A stretch of 64,000 nt of DNA from Haplodiscus bocki. Its lineage: Eukaryota. A model generated the notes under the pieces. It was not told the origin of the DNA and did not search any database. It saw only the letters and a list, made by a program, of their open reading frames with translations. Of the stretch, positions 11,690-24,209 are shown in pieces. Position 1 is the stretch's first letter, and each line of letters starts with the position of its first letter. The position numbers and the translations under genes are program-made. The DNA lies in assembly GCA_965655095.1 (NCBI GenBank), contig OZ296649.1, forward strand, positions 806,001-870,000, in the 5' to 3' direction.

Positions 11690-12810
11690 TGGAGTAGTAG
11701 AAGAGTGAGCTCCATTTTTGTGTTCAGAGCCACAGTCATCGCTCGAAAATTAGAGTAAGGATAAAGCTGACTAGCATCAATTTCAACACTTGTTTCGCAC
11801 AAGTTGGTTGAATCACGAAAATGTGTCTCCTTCATAATAGCTTTTGTTGAGAATACAATGGATGGTCCTCCAATCACGTCCCGTGTACTTGCTCAAAGGA
11901 ATCCTTGTCGCCCGCTGGGAAGGGATAAAACTTTGCAGAAGTTGACTTGTAAAGACAAAAAATTGCAAGAACTGGCAAAATGCATCGAAATTTTTAATTG
12001 TTGAGTCCTTCAAAGCGGTGAAAATCAACAATTTTTTGCGTAACTTCTAACGCTGGAACAATCCTCAAGATAATATGCCAGCGGAGAAAGTCTTCGAACG
12101 TACACATTTCTTCTTGATCACACACCTTACCTTGAGCAGGTGTTGAAAAATTCCTTGTCCAGTTGAAGGTGAATGATTCAATTTAAATTTCGATGATTCT
12201 TCTTTAGATGTCGTACCGCCATTTTTCAAGCCTTCAAAGTCTGAATCATCATTTAGAAGGGGATTATTGTCGCGCAGTTTGCCAAGGATGGCATCATAAG
12301 GAGGAAAATGGAAGAAGCGCGATTTTTGCTTTATCGAACCTTTCATATGGAAAAACACTTTCCGCCTTTGACGTCTTGTAGGCTTTCAGGAAAAATTCAG
12401 CAATCTTGGCTGCTCGGAGGAAGTTCAATTTATAATTAAACTCAACGTCTTCAAAGTTGAAACATACAAATTGATTAGCCTTCTGGTAACTTTTGGTTCA
12501 ATCTCTCGTACATTAACATGGAGAAGCAGCAAAAAACACTTCATTGTGATATTGTCCTGTTTTGCGATGTTAAAGCCAAACACTGGAAGAACATCGCGAA
12601 ATCTTTCCCAGACATTCTGCAAGTCAAGAGTTTGTTTCTTTTGTGTCTGTGAAAATTGCGTCACTGCATCTTGCTCTTCTTTTTCTATACACTTTTTTCA
12701 AATTCTGAAAAGGTTCGTTGCAACCAAAATAAAGATTGCGATCGGAGAAGATTTTGATTATGTTTACTCTTTGGACTTGTTTCAAGCTGAAAAAACTTAT
12801 TTTTCATGAC
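11690..12810 (-). pseudogene. pPolB copy A, exonuclease to motif A fragment
   Basis: ORFs give DVLPVFGFNIAKQD (ExoII-like FNxxxYD), FPPYDAILGKLRDNNPL, and GGPSIVF...IDASQLYPYS (motif A DxxSLYP). Confidence 0.9.
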
Positions 12811-12824
12811 GAGAGTCAGCTGAG

Positions 12825-13228
12825 GTGACGGAGGTTCAAAGAACCTAATGTATTAGGATAAGCTATAGCGATTCAACTGGAGCCGATAGCTGAGAAAGAC
12901 TTTTGGCCCTAGCTGACAATTTTTGGGTGGTGTCACACTCGATTCTGATTGCTTGACGAAAAATTTACAATTTTCGTGGTCCATTCTGATTAGCCGCTGA
13001 CGTTTTTTGACGACGATAAAGTGTTAAGATAGCGTATACCTCGACATTGTAAGAAACGCGATATAGTTCGGGAGCTCATTAAGTGAGGTTGCGCTCGACT
13101 CTTTTTTGAAAAAGGCAAACGTTCAACAACGTTTTGAGACAGGGTATAGTTGTTCAAAGTGCAAAGACAAGGTGTAGTGACGCAATGTCTTAAAATGGGG
13201 TCTGGTTCGACAATGTATTAACACAGGG
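12825..13228 (+). repeat. Conserved head of satellite sub-array A
   Basis: Close paralog at 23830-24209; contains ACTCGATTCTGATTG (12937-12951), also present at 23919, 46098 (one mismatch) and 50241. Confidence 0.85.
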
Positions 13229-16200
13229 TTTAGTTCGGCAATGTTTCGAGATAGGGCACAGATTGTCAAGGTACCAAAACATGGTATAATTAAGCAAAGT
13301 GTTAAAATGGGGCGTGTTTCGTCAATTTACTAAAACATGGTAAAGTTGGGCAATGGGTTAGCAGAGGGTATGACTGGTCAATGTTTTAATACAGTGTATA
13401 GTTCGCATTTGAATTGAGATAAGGAATATTCCGGCAATGTAAACGAAAAGGGTTCAGTTCAGCAGTTTATAAGATAGAGTTGAGTTCGACAAAAACATGA
13501 GATAGACTATGAATCATCATGTAACTCAGACAGGGTATAGTTGTGCACTGTACCGACACAATGTGTAGCGAGGCAATGTGTTAAGTTAGGTTGTAGTTCG
13601 GAATTCTATCAAGATAGGTTATAGTACGGCAATGTTTAAAACAGAATACAATTCGGCAAAGTTTTCAGATAGGATTAAATTCAGACTTCTATGACGATGG
13701 TGTGTAGTTCGATACTGTTTTAGGAGAGGGTAAATTTGGGCAATATTTCAAAATAGGGTATAATTCTACAATGTTTTGGGACAGGGTAAGTTTCGGAAAT
13801 GTATTCAGATCGTGCTGAATTTGACAATATACTGAATTATTCTATAGTTCAGCAATTTAATAAGAAACGATATAGTTTTGCAAAAGGTTGCGACAGGATA
13901 TAGTTCGGATTTGTATTAGGATAGGGTAAAGATCGGCAAAGTTTTATAATGTATACAGTTCGGCATTGTATTGAAATAGATTGTACTGCGGTATTGTATT
14001 AAAAAAACGGTTTAAATAGGCAATGTTTGAAGATAGAGTAGAATTCGGCAATGTTTTAAGGCAGGATTTAGTTCGGAAATGTATCAAGATAGGGATGAGT
14101 TTGTAATTATGAGCAGATATGCTATAGTTCAGCAAGGTACTAAGACGGAGTATAGTTGTGCAATATATTAGGATGAAGTATAGTTCGGAATTGTATTAGG
14201 ATGGGGTGTAGTTCGGCATTTTATTGAAATCGGGCACCGTTCGTCAATATACTAATACATGGTGAAATTAGGCAATGTGTTAGGAGGGATAAAGTTCCTC
14301 AATCTAAAAAAAGACGGTATAGTTCTCCAGTTTAATAAAATAGGGTTGAGTTAGACAATATTTTAAGATGGGGTGTAGTTCAGCAAGGTACTAAGACAAG
14401 GTAGAGTTGTGCAATGTTCAGAAACAAGATGACCAGGTAAAGCCAGGCAATGTGTTAAGTTAGGGTATGTTTCAGCAAAGTTTTAGGATAGCGTACATTT
14501 CGGAATCGTAATAAGATAGGGTATAATACGGCAAAGTTTATATACAGTGTAGAGTTCGGCAAGGTTTAAAGATAGGATGTATTTCAAAATTTGATCAAGA
14601 TATGTTGTGGTTCGACATTCCATTGGGACAGGATATAGTTAGCCATTATTTCAGATAAGGGTTTAATTCGGCATTAAATTAAGACAGGATATTTTTTCGG
14701 AAATTTATCGAGGACGTTTGAATTGGACACTAAACTAAGATTTGCTACAGTTCGGCAATGTACTAAGAGAGGGTATAATTTTGCAAATTGTTTAGGCCAG
14801 GGTTTAGTTCGGATTTGTATTATGATAGGGTAAAGTTCGGCGAAAATTTGTGATGGGAAAAAGTTCGGGATTGTAAAAAGATAGGGCATAATAGGCAAAG
14901 TGTTAAATCACGATTTAGTAAAGCAATGTTTCAAGATAGGATATAAGTCTGCAATGATTCAAGACAGGGTGCAGTTGGGAAATGTAATAAAATCGGGTTG
15001 AGTTTGACATTATCTTAAGATACGTTTTATATTTCAGCAATGTATTAAGACAGGGTAATGATGTTCAAGAATTTAAGACAGGTTATAGTTCGAAATTGTA
15101 ATAAGATAGGGGATAGTTCGGCCATGTATCAGGATGAAGCATTGTCCGTCAACCTACAAAGACGGCGATATAGATCGGCAGTGTTTTCAGATAAGGTATA
15201 GTTCGCATTTGCATTAAGATAGAGTAAATTTCGGCAAATTTTTACGATAAAAAATGAAGTTCGGAACGGCCTTGAGATAGGGTGTAGTTCGGCAACGTAT
15301 TAAGACGGGATTTATTTAGGCTATTTTGTAAGAAAGGGTATGTTTTACCATTGTTATAGGACAGAGTATAGTTTGCAAATATAATAGCATAGAGTTGAAT
15401 TTGACATTATATTAAAATATGCTATAGGTCAGCATTGTACCAAGAAAGAGCATGGTTGTACAAAGTTTTAGAATAAGGTACAGTTTGGATTTGTATTAAG
15501 ATAGGGTAAAGTTCGGCAAAGTATTAACTAGGGATGTAGTTCGGAATTGTGTTTAGATATGGTGGAGTTCGGCAATTTATTGAGAGGATGCAAAATTTGG
15601 CGATGTTTTAAAGTAGGGTATTGTTCGGCAATGTTTTGAGACAGGGTATTTCCTGGAAATGTATTAAGATTGGGCTGATTTTGACAATATACTAACTTAT
15701 CCTATAGTTCTTCAAAGTACTAAGACAGAATATAGTTTGGCAAAAGGTTACGTCGGGGTATAGTTCGGATTTGTTTTAAGAGAGGGCAATGTTCGGCAAA
15801 AATTTAGGATTGGATACTGTTCAAAATTGTATAAGGATGCGGCATAGCTCGTCAATGTACTAAAACATGGTATAGTTTAGCAAAGTGTTAAGATGGGGCG
15901 TGTTTCGTCAATTTACTAAAACATGGTAAAGTTGGGCAATGGGTTAGCAGAGGGTATGAATGGTCAATGTTTTAATATGGGGTATAGTTCGCAATTGAAT
16001 TGAGGTAAGGTATATTCCGGCAATGTAAACGAGAAGGGTTCAGTTCAGCAGTTTATAAGATAGGGTTGAGTTCGACAAAAACATGAGATAGACTATGAAT
16101 CATCATGTTACTCAGACAGGGTATAGTTGTGCACTGTACCGACACAATGTATAGCGAGGCAATGTGTTAAGTTAGGTTGCAGTTCGGAATTCTATCAAGA

Positions 16201-19200
16201 TAGGGTATAGTACGGCAATGTTTAAAACAGAATACAATTCGGCAAAGTTTTCAGATAGGATTAAATTCAGACTTCTATGACGATGGTGTGTAGTTCGGTA
16301 CTGTTTTAGGAGAGGGTAAAGTTGGGCAATATTTCAAAATAGGGTATAATTCTACAATATTTTGGGACAGGGTAAGTTTCGGAAATGTATTCAGATCGTG
16401 CTGAATTTGACAATATACTGAATTATTCTATAGTTCAGCAATTTAATAAGAAACGATATAGTTTTGCAAAAGGTTGCGACAGGATATAGTTCGGATTTGT
16501 ATTAGGATAGGGTAAAGATCGGCAAAGTTTTATAATGTATACAGTTCGGCATTGTATTGAAATAGATTGTACTGCGGTATTGTATTAAAAAAACGGTTTA
16601 AATAGGCAATGTTTGAAGATAGAGTAGAATTCGGCAATGTTTTAAGGCAGGATTTAGTTCGGAAATGTATCAAGATAGGGATGAGTTTGTAATTATGAGC
16701 AGATATGCTATAGTTCAGCAAGGTACTAAGACGGAGTATAGTTGTGCAATATATTAGGATGAAGTATAGTTCGGAATTGTATTAGGATGGGGTGTAGTTC
16801 GGCATTTTATTGAAATCGGGCACCGTTCGTCAATATACTAATACATGGTGAAATTAGGCAATGTGTTAGGAGGGATAAAGTTCCTCAATCTAAAAAAAGA
16901 CGGTATAGTTCTCCAGTTTAATAAAATAGGGTTGAGTTAGACAATATTTTAAGATGGGGTGTAGTTCAGCAAGGTACTAAGACAAGGTAGAGTTGTGCAA
17001 TGTTCAGAAACAAGATGACCAGGTAAAGCCAGGCAATGTGTTAAGTTAGGGTATGTTTCAGCAAAGTTTTAGGATAGCGTACATTTCGGAATCGTAATAA
17101 GATAGGGTATAATACGGCAAAGTTTATATACAGTGTAGAGTTCGGCAAGGTTTAAAGATAGGATGTATTTCAAAATTTGATCAAGATATGTTGTGGTTCG
17201 ACATTCCATTGGGACAGGATATAGTTAGCCATTATTTCAGATAAGGGTTTAATTCGGCATTAAATTAAGACAGGATATTTTTTCGGAAATTTATCGAGGA
17301 CGTTTGAATTGGACACTAAACTAAGATTTGCTACAGTTCGGCAATGTACTAAGAGAGGGTATAATTTTGCAAATTGTTTAGGCCAGGGTTTAGTTCGGAT
17401 TTGTATTATGATAGGGTAAAGTTCGGCGAAAATTTGTGATGGGAAAAAGTTCGGGATTGTAAAAAGATAGGGCATAATAGGCAAAGTGTTAAATCACGAT
17501 TTAGTAAAGCAATGTTTCAAGATAGGATATAAGTCGGCAATGATTCAAGACAGGGTGCAGTTGGGAAATGTAATAAAATCGGGTTGAGTTTGACATTATC
17601 TTAAGATACGTTTTATATTTCAGCAATGTATTAAGACAGGGTAATGATGTTCAAGAATTTAAGACAGGTTATAGTTCGAAATTGTAATAAGATAGGGGAT
17701 AGTTCGGCCATGTATCAGGATGAAGCATTGTCCGTCAACCTACAAAGACGGCGATATAGATCGGCAGTGTTTTCAGATAAGGTATAGTTCGCATTTGCAT
17801 TAAGATAGAGTAAATTTCGGCAAATTTTTACGATAAAAAATGAAGTTCGGAACGGCCTTGAGATAGGGTGTAGTTCGGCAACGTATTAAGACGGGATTTA
17901 TTTAGGCTATTTTGTAAGAAAGGGTATGTTTTACCATTGTTATAGGACAGAGTATAGTTTGCAAATATAATAGCATAGAGTTGAATTTGACATTATATTA
18001 AAATATGCTATAGGTCAGCATTGTACCAAGAAAGAGCATGGTTGTACAAAGTTTTAGAATAAGGTACAGTTTGGATTTGTATTAAGATAGGGTAAAGTTC
18101 GGCAAAGTATTAACTAGGGATGTAGTTCGGAATTGTGTTTAGATATGGTGGAGTTCGGCAATTTATTGAGAGGATGCAAAATTTGGCGATGTTTTAAAGT
18201 AGGGTATTGTTCGGCAATGTTTTGAGACAGGGTATTTCCTGGAAATGTATTAAGATTGGGCTGATTTTGACAATATACTAACTTATCCTATAGTTCTTCA
18301 AAGTACTAAGACAGAATATAGTTTGGCAAAAGGTTACGTCGGGGTATAGTTCGGATTTGTTTTAAGAGAGGGCAATGTTCGGCAAAAATTTAGGATTGGA
18401 TACTGTTCAAAATTGTATAAGGATGCGGCATAGCTCGTCAATGTACTAAAACATGGTATAGTTTAGCAAAGTGTTAAGATGGGGCGTGTTTCGTCAATTT
18501 ACTAAAACATGGTAAAGTTGGGCAATGGGTTAGCAGAGGGTATGAATGGTCAATGTTTTAATATGGGGTATAGTTCGCAATTGAATTGAGGTAAGGTATA
18601 TTCCGGCAATGTAAACGAGAAGGGTTCAGTTCAGCAGTTTATAAGATAGGGTTGAGTTCGACAAAAACATGAGATAGACTATGAATCATCATGTTACTCA
18701 GACAGGGTATAGTTGTGCACTGTACCGACACAATGTATAGCGAGGCAATGTGTTAAGTTAGGTTGCAGTTCGGAATTCTATCAAGATAGGGTATAGTACG
18801 GCAATGTTTAAAACAGAATACAATTCGGCAAAGTTTTCAGATAGGATTAAATTCAGACTTCTATGACGATGGTGTGTAGTTCGGTACTGTTTTAGGAGAG
18901 GGTAAAGTTGGGCAATATTTCAAAATAGGGTATAATTCTACAATATTTTGGGACAGGGTAAGTTTCGGAAATGTATTCAGATCGTGCTGAATTTGACAAT
19001 ATACTGAATTATTCTATAGTTCAGCAATTTAATAAGAAACGATATAGTTTTGCAAAAGGTTGCGACAGGATATAGTTCGGATTTGTATTAGGATAGGGTA
19101 AAGATCGGCAAAGTTTTATAATGTATACAGTTCGGCATTGTATTGAAATAGATTGTACTGCGGTATTGTATTAAAAAAACGGTTTAAATAGGCAATGTTT

Positions 19201-22200
19201 GAAGATAGAGTAGAATTCGGCAATGTTTTAAGGCAGGATTTAGTTCGGAAATGTATCAAGATAGGGATGAGTTTGTAATTATGAGCAGATATGCTATAGT
19301 TCAGCAAGGTACTAAGACGGAGTATAGTTGTGCAATATATTAGGATGAAGTATAGTTCGGAATTGTATTAGGATGGGGTGTAGTTCGGCATTTTATTGAA
19401 ATCGGGCACCGTTCGTCAATATACTAATACATGGTGAAATTAGGCAATGTGTTAGGAGGGATAAAGTTCCTCAATCTAAAAAAAGACGGTATAGTTCTCC
19501 AGTTTAATAAAATAGGGTTGAGTTAGACAATATTTTAAGATGGGGTGTAGTTCAGCAAGGTACTAAGACAAGGTAGAGTTGTGCAATGTTCAGAAACAAG
19601 ATGACCAGGTAAAGCCAGGCAATGTGTTAAGTTAGGGTATGTTTCAGCAAAGTTTTAGGATAGCGTACATTTCGGAATCGTAATAAGATAGGGTATAATA
19701 CGGCAAAGTTTATATACAGTGTAGAGTTCGGCAAGGTTTAAAGATAGGATGTATTTCAAAATTTGATCAAGATATGTTGTGGTTCGACATTCCATTGGGA
19801 CAGGATATAGTTAGCCATTATTTCAGATAAGGGTTTAATTCGGCATTAAATTAAGACAGGATATTTTTTCGGAAATTTATCGAGGACGTTTGAATTGGAC
19901 ACTAAACTAAGATTTGCTACAGTTCGGCAATGTACTAAGACAGGGTATAATTTTGCAAATTGTTTAGGCCAGGGTTTAGTTCGGATTTGTATTATGATAG
20001 GGTAAAGTTCGGCGAAAATTTGTGATGGGAAAAAGTTCGGGATTGTAAAAAGATAGGGCATAATAGGCAAAGTGTTAAATCACGATTTAGTAAAGCAATG
20101 TTTCAAGATAGGATATAAGTCGGCAATGATTCAAGACAGGGTGCAGTTGGGAAATGTAATAAAATCGGGTTGAGTTTGACATTATCTTAAGATACGTTTT
20201 ATATTTCAGCAATGTATTAAGACAGGGTAATGATGTTCAAAAATTTAAGACAGGTTATAGTTCGAAATTGTAATAAGATAGGGGATAGTTCGGCCATGTA
20301 TCAGGATGAAGCATTGTCCGTCAACCTACAAAGACGGCGATATAGATCGGCAGTGTTTTCAGATAAGGTATAGTTCGCATTTGCATTAAGATAGAGTAAA
20401 TTTCGGCAAATTTTTACGATAAAAAATGAAGTTCGGAACGGCCTTGAGATAGGGTGTAGTTCGGCAACGTATTAAGACGGGATTTATTTAGGCTATTTTG
20501 TAAGAAAGGGTATGTTTTACCATTGTTATAGGACAGAGTATAGTTTGCAAATATAATAGCATAGAGTTGAATTTGACATTATATTAAAATATGCTATAGG
20601 TCAGCATTGTACCAAGAAAGAGCATGGTTGTACAAAGTTTTAGAATAAGGTACAGTTTGGATTTGTATTAAGATAGGGTAAAGTTCGGCAAAGTATTAAC
20701 TAGGGATGTAGTTCGGAATTGTGTTTAGATATGGTGGAGTTCGGCAATTTATTGAGAGGATGCAAAATTTGGCGATGTTTTAAAGTAGGGTATTGTTCGG
20801 CAATGTTTTGAGACAGGGTATTTCCTGGAAATGTATTAAGATTGGGCTGATTTTGACAATATACTAACTTATCCTATAGTTCTTCAAAGTACTAAGACAG
20901 AATATAGTTTGGCAAAAGGTTACGTCGGGGTATAGTTCGGATTTGTTTTAAGAGAGGGCAATGTTCGGCAAAAATTTAGGATTGGATACTGTTCAAAATT
21001 GTATAAGGATGCGGCATAGCTCGTCAATGTACTAAAACATGGTATAGTTTAGCAAAGTGTTAAGATGGGGCGTGTTTCGTCAATTTACTAAAACATGGTA
21101 AAGTTGGGCAATGGGTTAGCAGAGGGTATGAATGGTCAATGTTTTAATATGGGGTATAGTTCGCAATTGAATTGAGGTAAGGTATATTCCGGCAATGTAA
21201 ACGAGAAGGGTTCAGTTCAGCAGTTTATAAGATAGGGTTGAGTTCGACAAAAACATGAGATAGACTATGAATCATCATGTTACTCAGACAGGGTATAGTT
21301 GTGCACTGTACCGACACAATGTATAGCGAGGCAATGTGTTAAGTTAGGTTGCAGTTCGGAATTCTATCAAGATAGGGTATAGTACGGCAATGTTTAAAAC
21401 AGAATACAATTCGGCAAAGTTTTCAGATAGGATTAAATTCAGACTTCTATGACGATGGTGTGTAGTTCGGTACTGTTTTAGGAGAGGGTAAAGTTGGGCA
21501 ATATTTCAAAATAGGGTATAATTCTACAATATTTTGGGACAGGGTAAGTTTCGGAAATGTATTCAGATCGTGCTGAATTTGACAATATACTGAATTATTC
21601 TATAGTTCAGCAATTTAATAAGAAACGATATAGTTTTGCAAAAGGTTGCGACAGGATATAGTTCGGATTTGTATTAGGATAGGGTAAAGATCGGCAAAGT
21701 TTTATAATGTATACAGTTCGGCATTGTATTGAAATAGCTTGTACTCCGGTATTGTATGAAAAAACGGTTTAAATAGGCAATGTTTCAAGATAGAGTAAAA
21801 TTCGGCAATGTTTTAATGCAGGGTTTAGTTCGGAAATGTATCAAGATAGGGATGAGTTTGTAATTATGAGCAGATATGCTATAGTTCAACAAGGTACTAA
21901 GACAGAGATAGTTGTGCAATATATTAGGATGAAGTGTAGTTCGGAATTGTATTAACATGGGGTGTAGTTCGGGTTTTTATTAAAATCGGGCACCGTTCGT
22001 CAATAAACTAATACATGGTAAATTTAGGCAATGTGCTAGGAGAGATAAAGTTCCTCAACTTAATAAAAAAGGGTATAGTTCTCCAGTTTAATAAAATAGG
22101 TTTGAGTTAGACAATATTTTAAGATGGGGTGTAGCTCAGCAAGATACTAAGACAAAGTAGAGTTGTGCAATGTTCAAAGACAAGATGACCAGGTAAAGCC

Positions 22201-23830
22201 AGGCAATGTGTTAAGTTAGGGTATGTTTCAGCAAAGTTTTAGGATAGCGTACATTTCGGAATCGTAATAAGATAGGGTATAGTACGGCAAAGTTTAAATA
22301 CAGTGTAAAGTTCGGCAAGGTTTAAAGATAGGATGTAGTTCAAAATTTGATCAAGATATGTTGTAGTTCGGCATTGCATTGGGACAGGATATAGTTAGCC
22401 ATGATTCCAGATGAGTGTTTACTTCGGCATTAAATTGAGACAGGGTATTTTTCGGAAATTTATTGAGGAGGGTTGAGTTGGACACTAAACTAAGATTTGC
22501 TACAGTTCGGCAACGTACTAAGACAGGGTAAAATTTTGCAATTTTTCTAGGACAGGGTTTAATTCGGATTTGTATTATGATAGGGTAAAGTTCGGCAAAA
22601 ATTTGTGATGGGAGAAAGTTCGGGAATGTAAAAAGATAGGGCATAGTTAGGCAAAGTGTTAAATCACGATTCAGTAAAGCAATGTTCGAAGATAGGATAC
22701 AAATCGGCAATGTTTCAAGACAGGGTGCAGTTCGGAATTTTATTAAGATCGGGTTGAGTTTGACATTATCTTAAGATACGTTTTAGATTTCAGCATTGTA
22801 CTAAGACAGGTTAATGATGTGCAAGAATTTGAGACAGGTTATAGTTCGGAATTATAATAAGATAGGGGATAGTTCGACCATGTATCAGGATGAAGCATTG
22901 TCCGTCAATGTACAAAGACGGCAATATAGATCGGCAGTGTTTTCAGATAAGGTATAGTTCGCATTTGCATTAAGATAGAGTAAAGTTCGGCAAATTTTTA
23001 CGTTTTTTAAAATGGGGCATATTTGATCAGTATACTGAGACTTAGTAAAGTTAGGCATTGTGTTAGGAGACGGTATAGCTCGTCAGTGATACAAGAAAGG
23101 TTATGGTTCGGAATATATAGAGATAGGGTGCAGTTCGGCAATGTAATAAAAAAAGTTTTAGTTCGGCAGGTTGTTACGATAGGGTTGAAAGCGACAAAAA
23201 TTCAAAACCAGCTATATTTTAGCAATGTAAGAAGGCAAGGTACACTTGTGCAATGTACTAAGTCAATTTATAGCGAAACAAGGTGTCAAGTTGCGTTATA
23301 GTTCGGCAAAGTTTTAGCATAGGGTTTAGTTGGGAACTCTATCAAAATAGTGTATAGTACTAAGACGGGATAAATTTGTGCAATTTACCAAGACAATGTA
23401 TAGCGAGGCAATGTGTTTAGTTAGGGTACAGTTCAGCTAAATTTTGGGATAGGGTATAGGTCAGAAATCTTTGAAGATAAAGTATAGTCGGAAATGTATA
23501 AAGATAGGTTATAGTTCAGAAATTTTTCAAGATAAGATACATTTCGGATTTCGATTAGGACAAGGTGTGATTTGGCATTGTATTGGGAAAAAATTCAGCT
23601 AGGCAATGTTTCGAAAAAAGGTAATATTTTGCAATGTTTTGGGACAGTGTAAACTTTGGAATTGTGCAAAGATGGGGTCGAAACAGGCAATATAGTAAGA
23701 TATGCTATATTTCAGATATGTACTAAGACAGGGTGTAATTTTGCAAAGTGTTAGGAAAGTGTTTAGTTCGGACTTGTGTTAAGATAGGGTAAAGAGCGGC
23801 AAGGTCTTAGCATTGCAATTATTTCAGAAA
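13020..23830 (+). repeat. 28-bp satellite sub-array A with 2586-bp higher-order repeat (~3.8 copies, 13270-23001)
   Basis: Identical spurious ORFs recur at 13944/16530/19116 and 14674/17260/19846 (spacing 2586); individual monomers are divergent while HOR copies are nearly identical. Confidence 0.97.
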
Positions 23831-24209
23831 TGTATCAGGATGGACTATAGCTATTCAATTCCAGCCGATAGCTGAAAAGGATATTTGGCCCCAGCCGAGG
23901 ACTTTTAGTTGGTGTCACACTCGATTCTGATTGCCTGACGAAAAATAAAGGTGTTTTGAGAACCATTCTGATTAGCTGCTGACACTTTTTGACGACAGTA
24001 AGGTTTTAAGATAGGGTATATCTCGACATTGTAAAAAAAATATATAGTTCGGGAACTCACCAAGATGAGCTTGCGCTCGACAATTTTTTGAAAAAGGCAA
24101 AAGTTCAACAACGTTTTGAGACAGGGTATAGTTGTTCAAAGTGCAAAGACAAGGTGTAGTGACGCAATGTCTTAAGATGGGGTCTAGTTCGACAATGTAT
24201 TAACACAGG
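23830..24209 (+). repeat. Conserved head of satellite sub-array B
   Basis: Paralog of 12850-13228 (ggtgtcacactcgattctgattg...ccattctgattag...gcgctcgac...ttgaaaaaggcaaa). Confidence 0.9.

Noticed and set aside
13944-23301. Repeated ORFs in the satellite as protein genes
   Set aside because: Chance open frames copied by the 2586-bp HOR; 28 is not a multiple of 3 and there is no protein motif.
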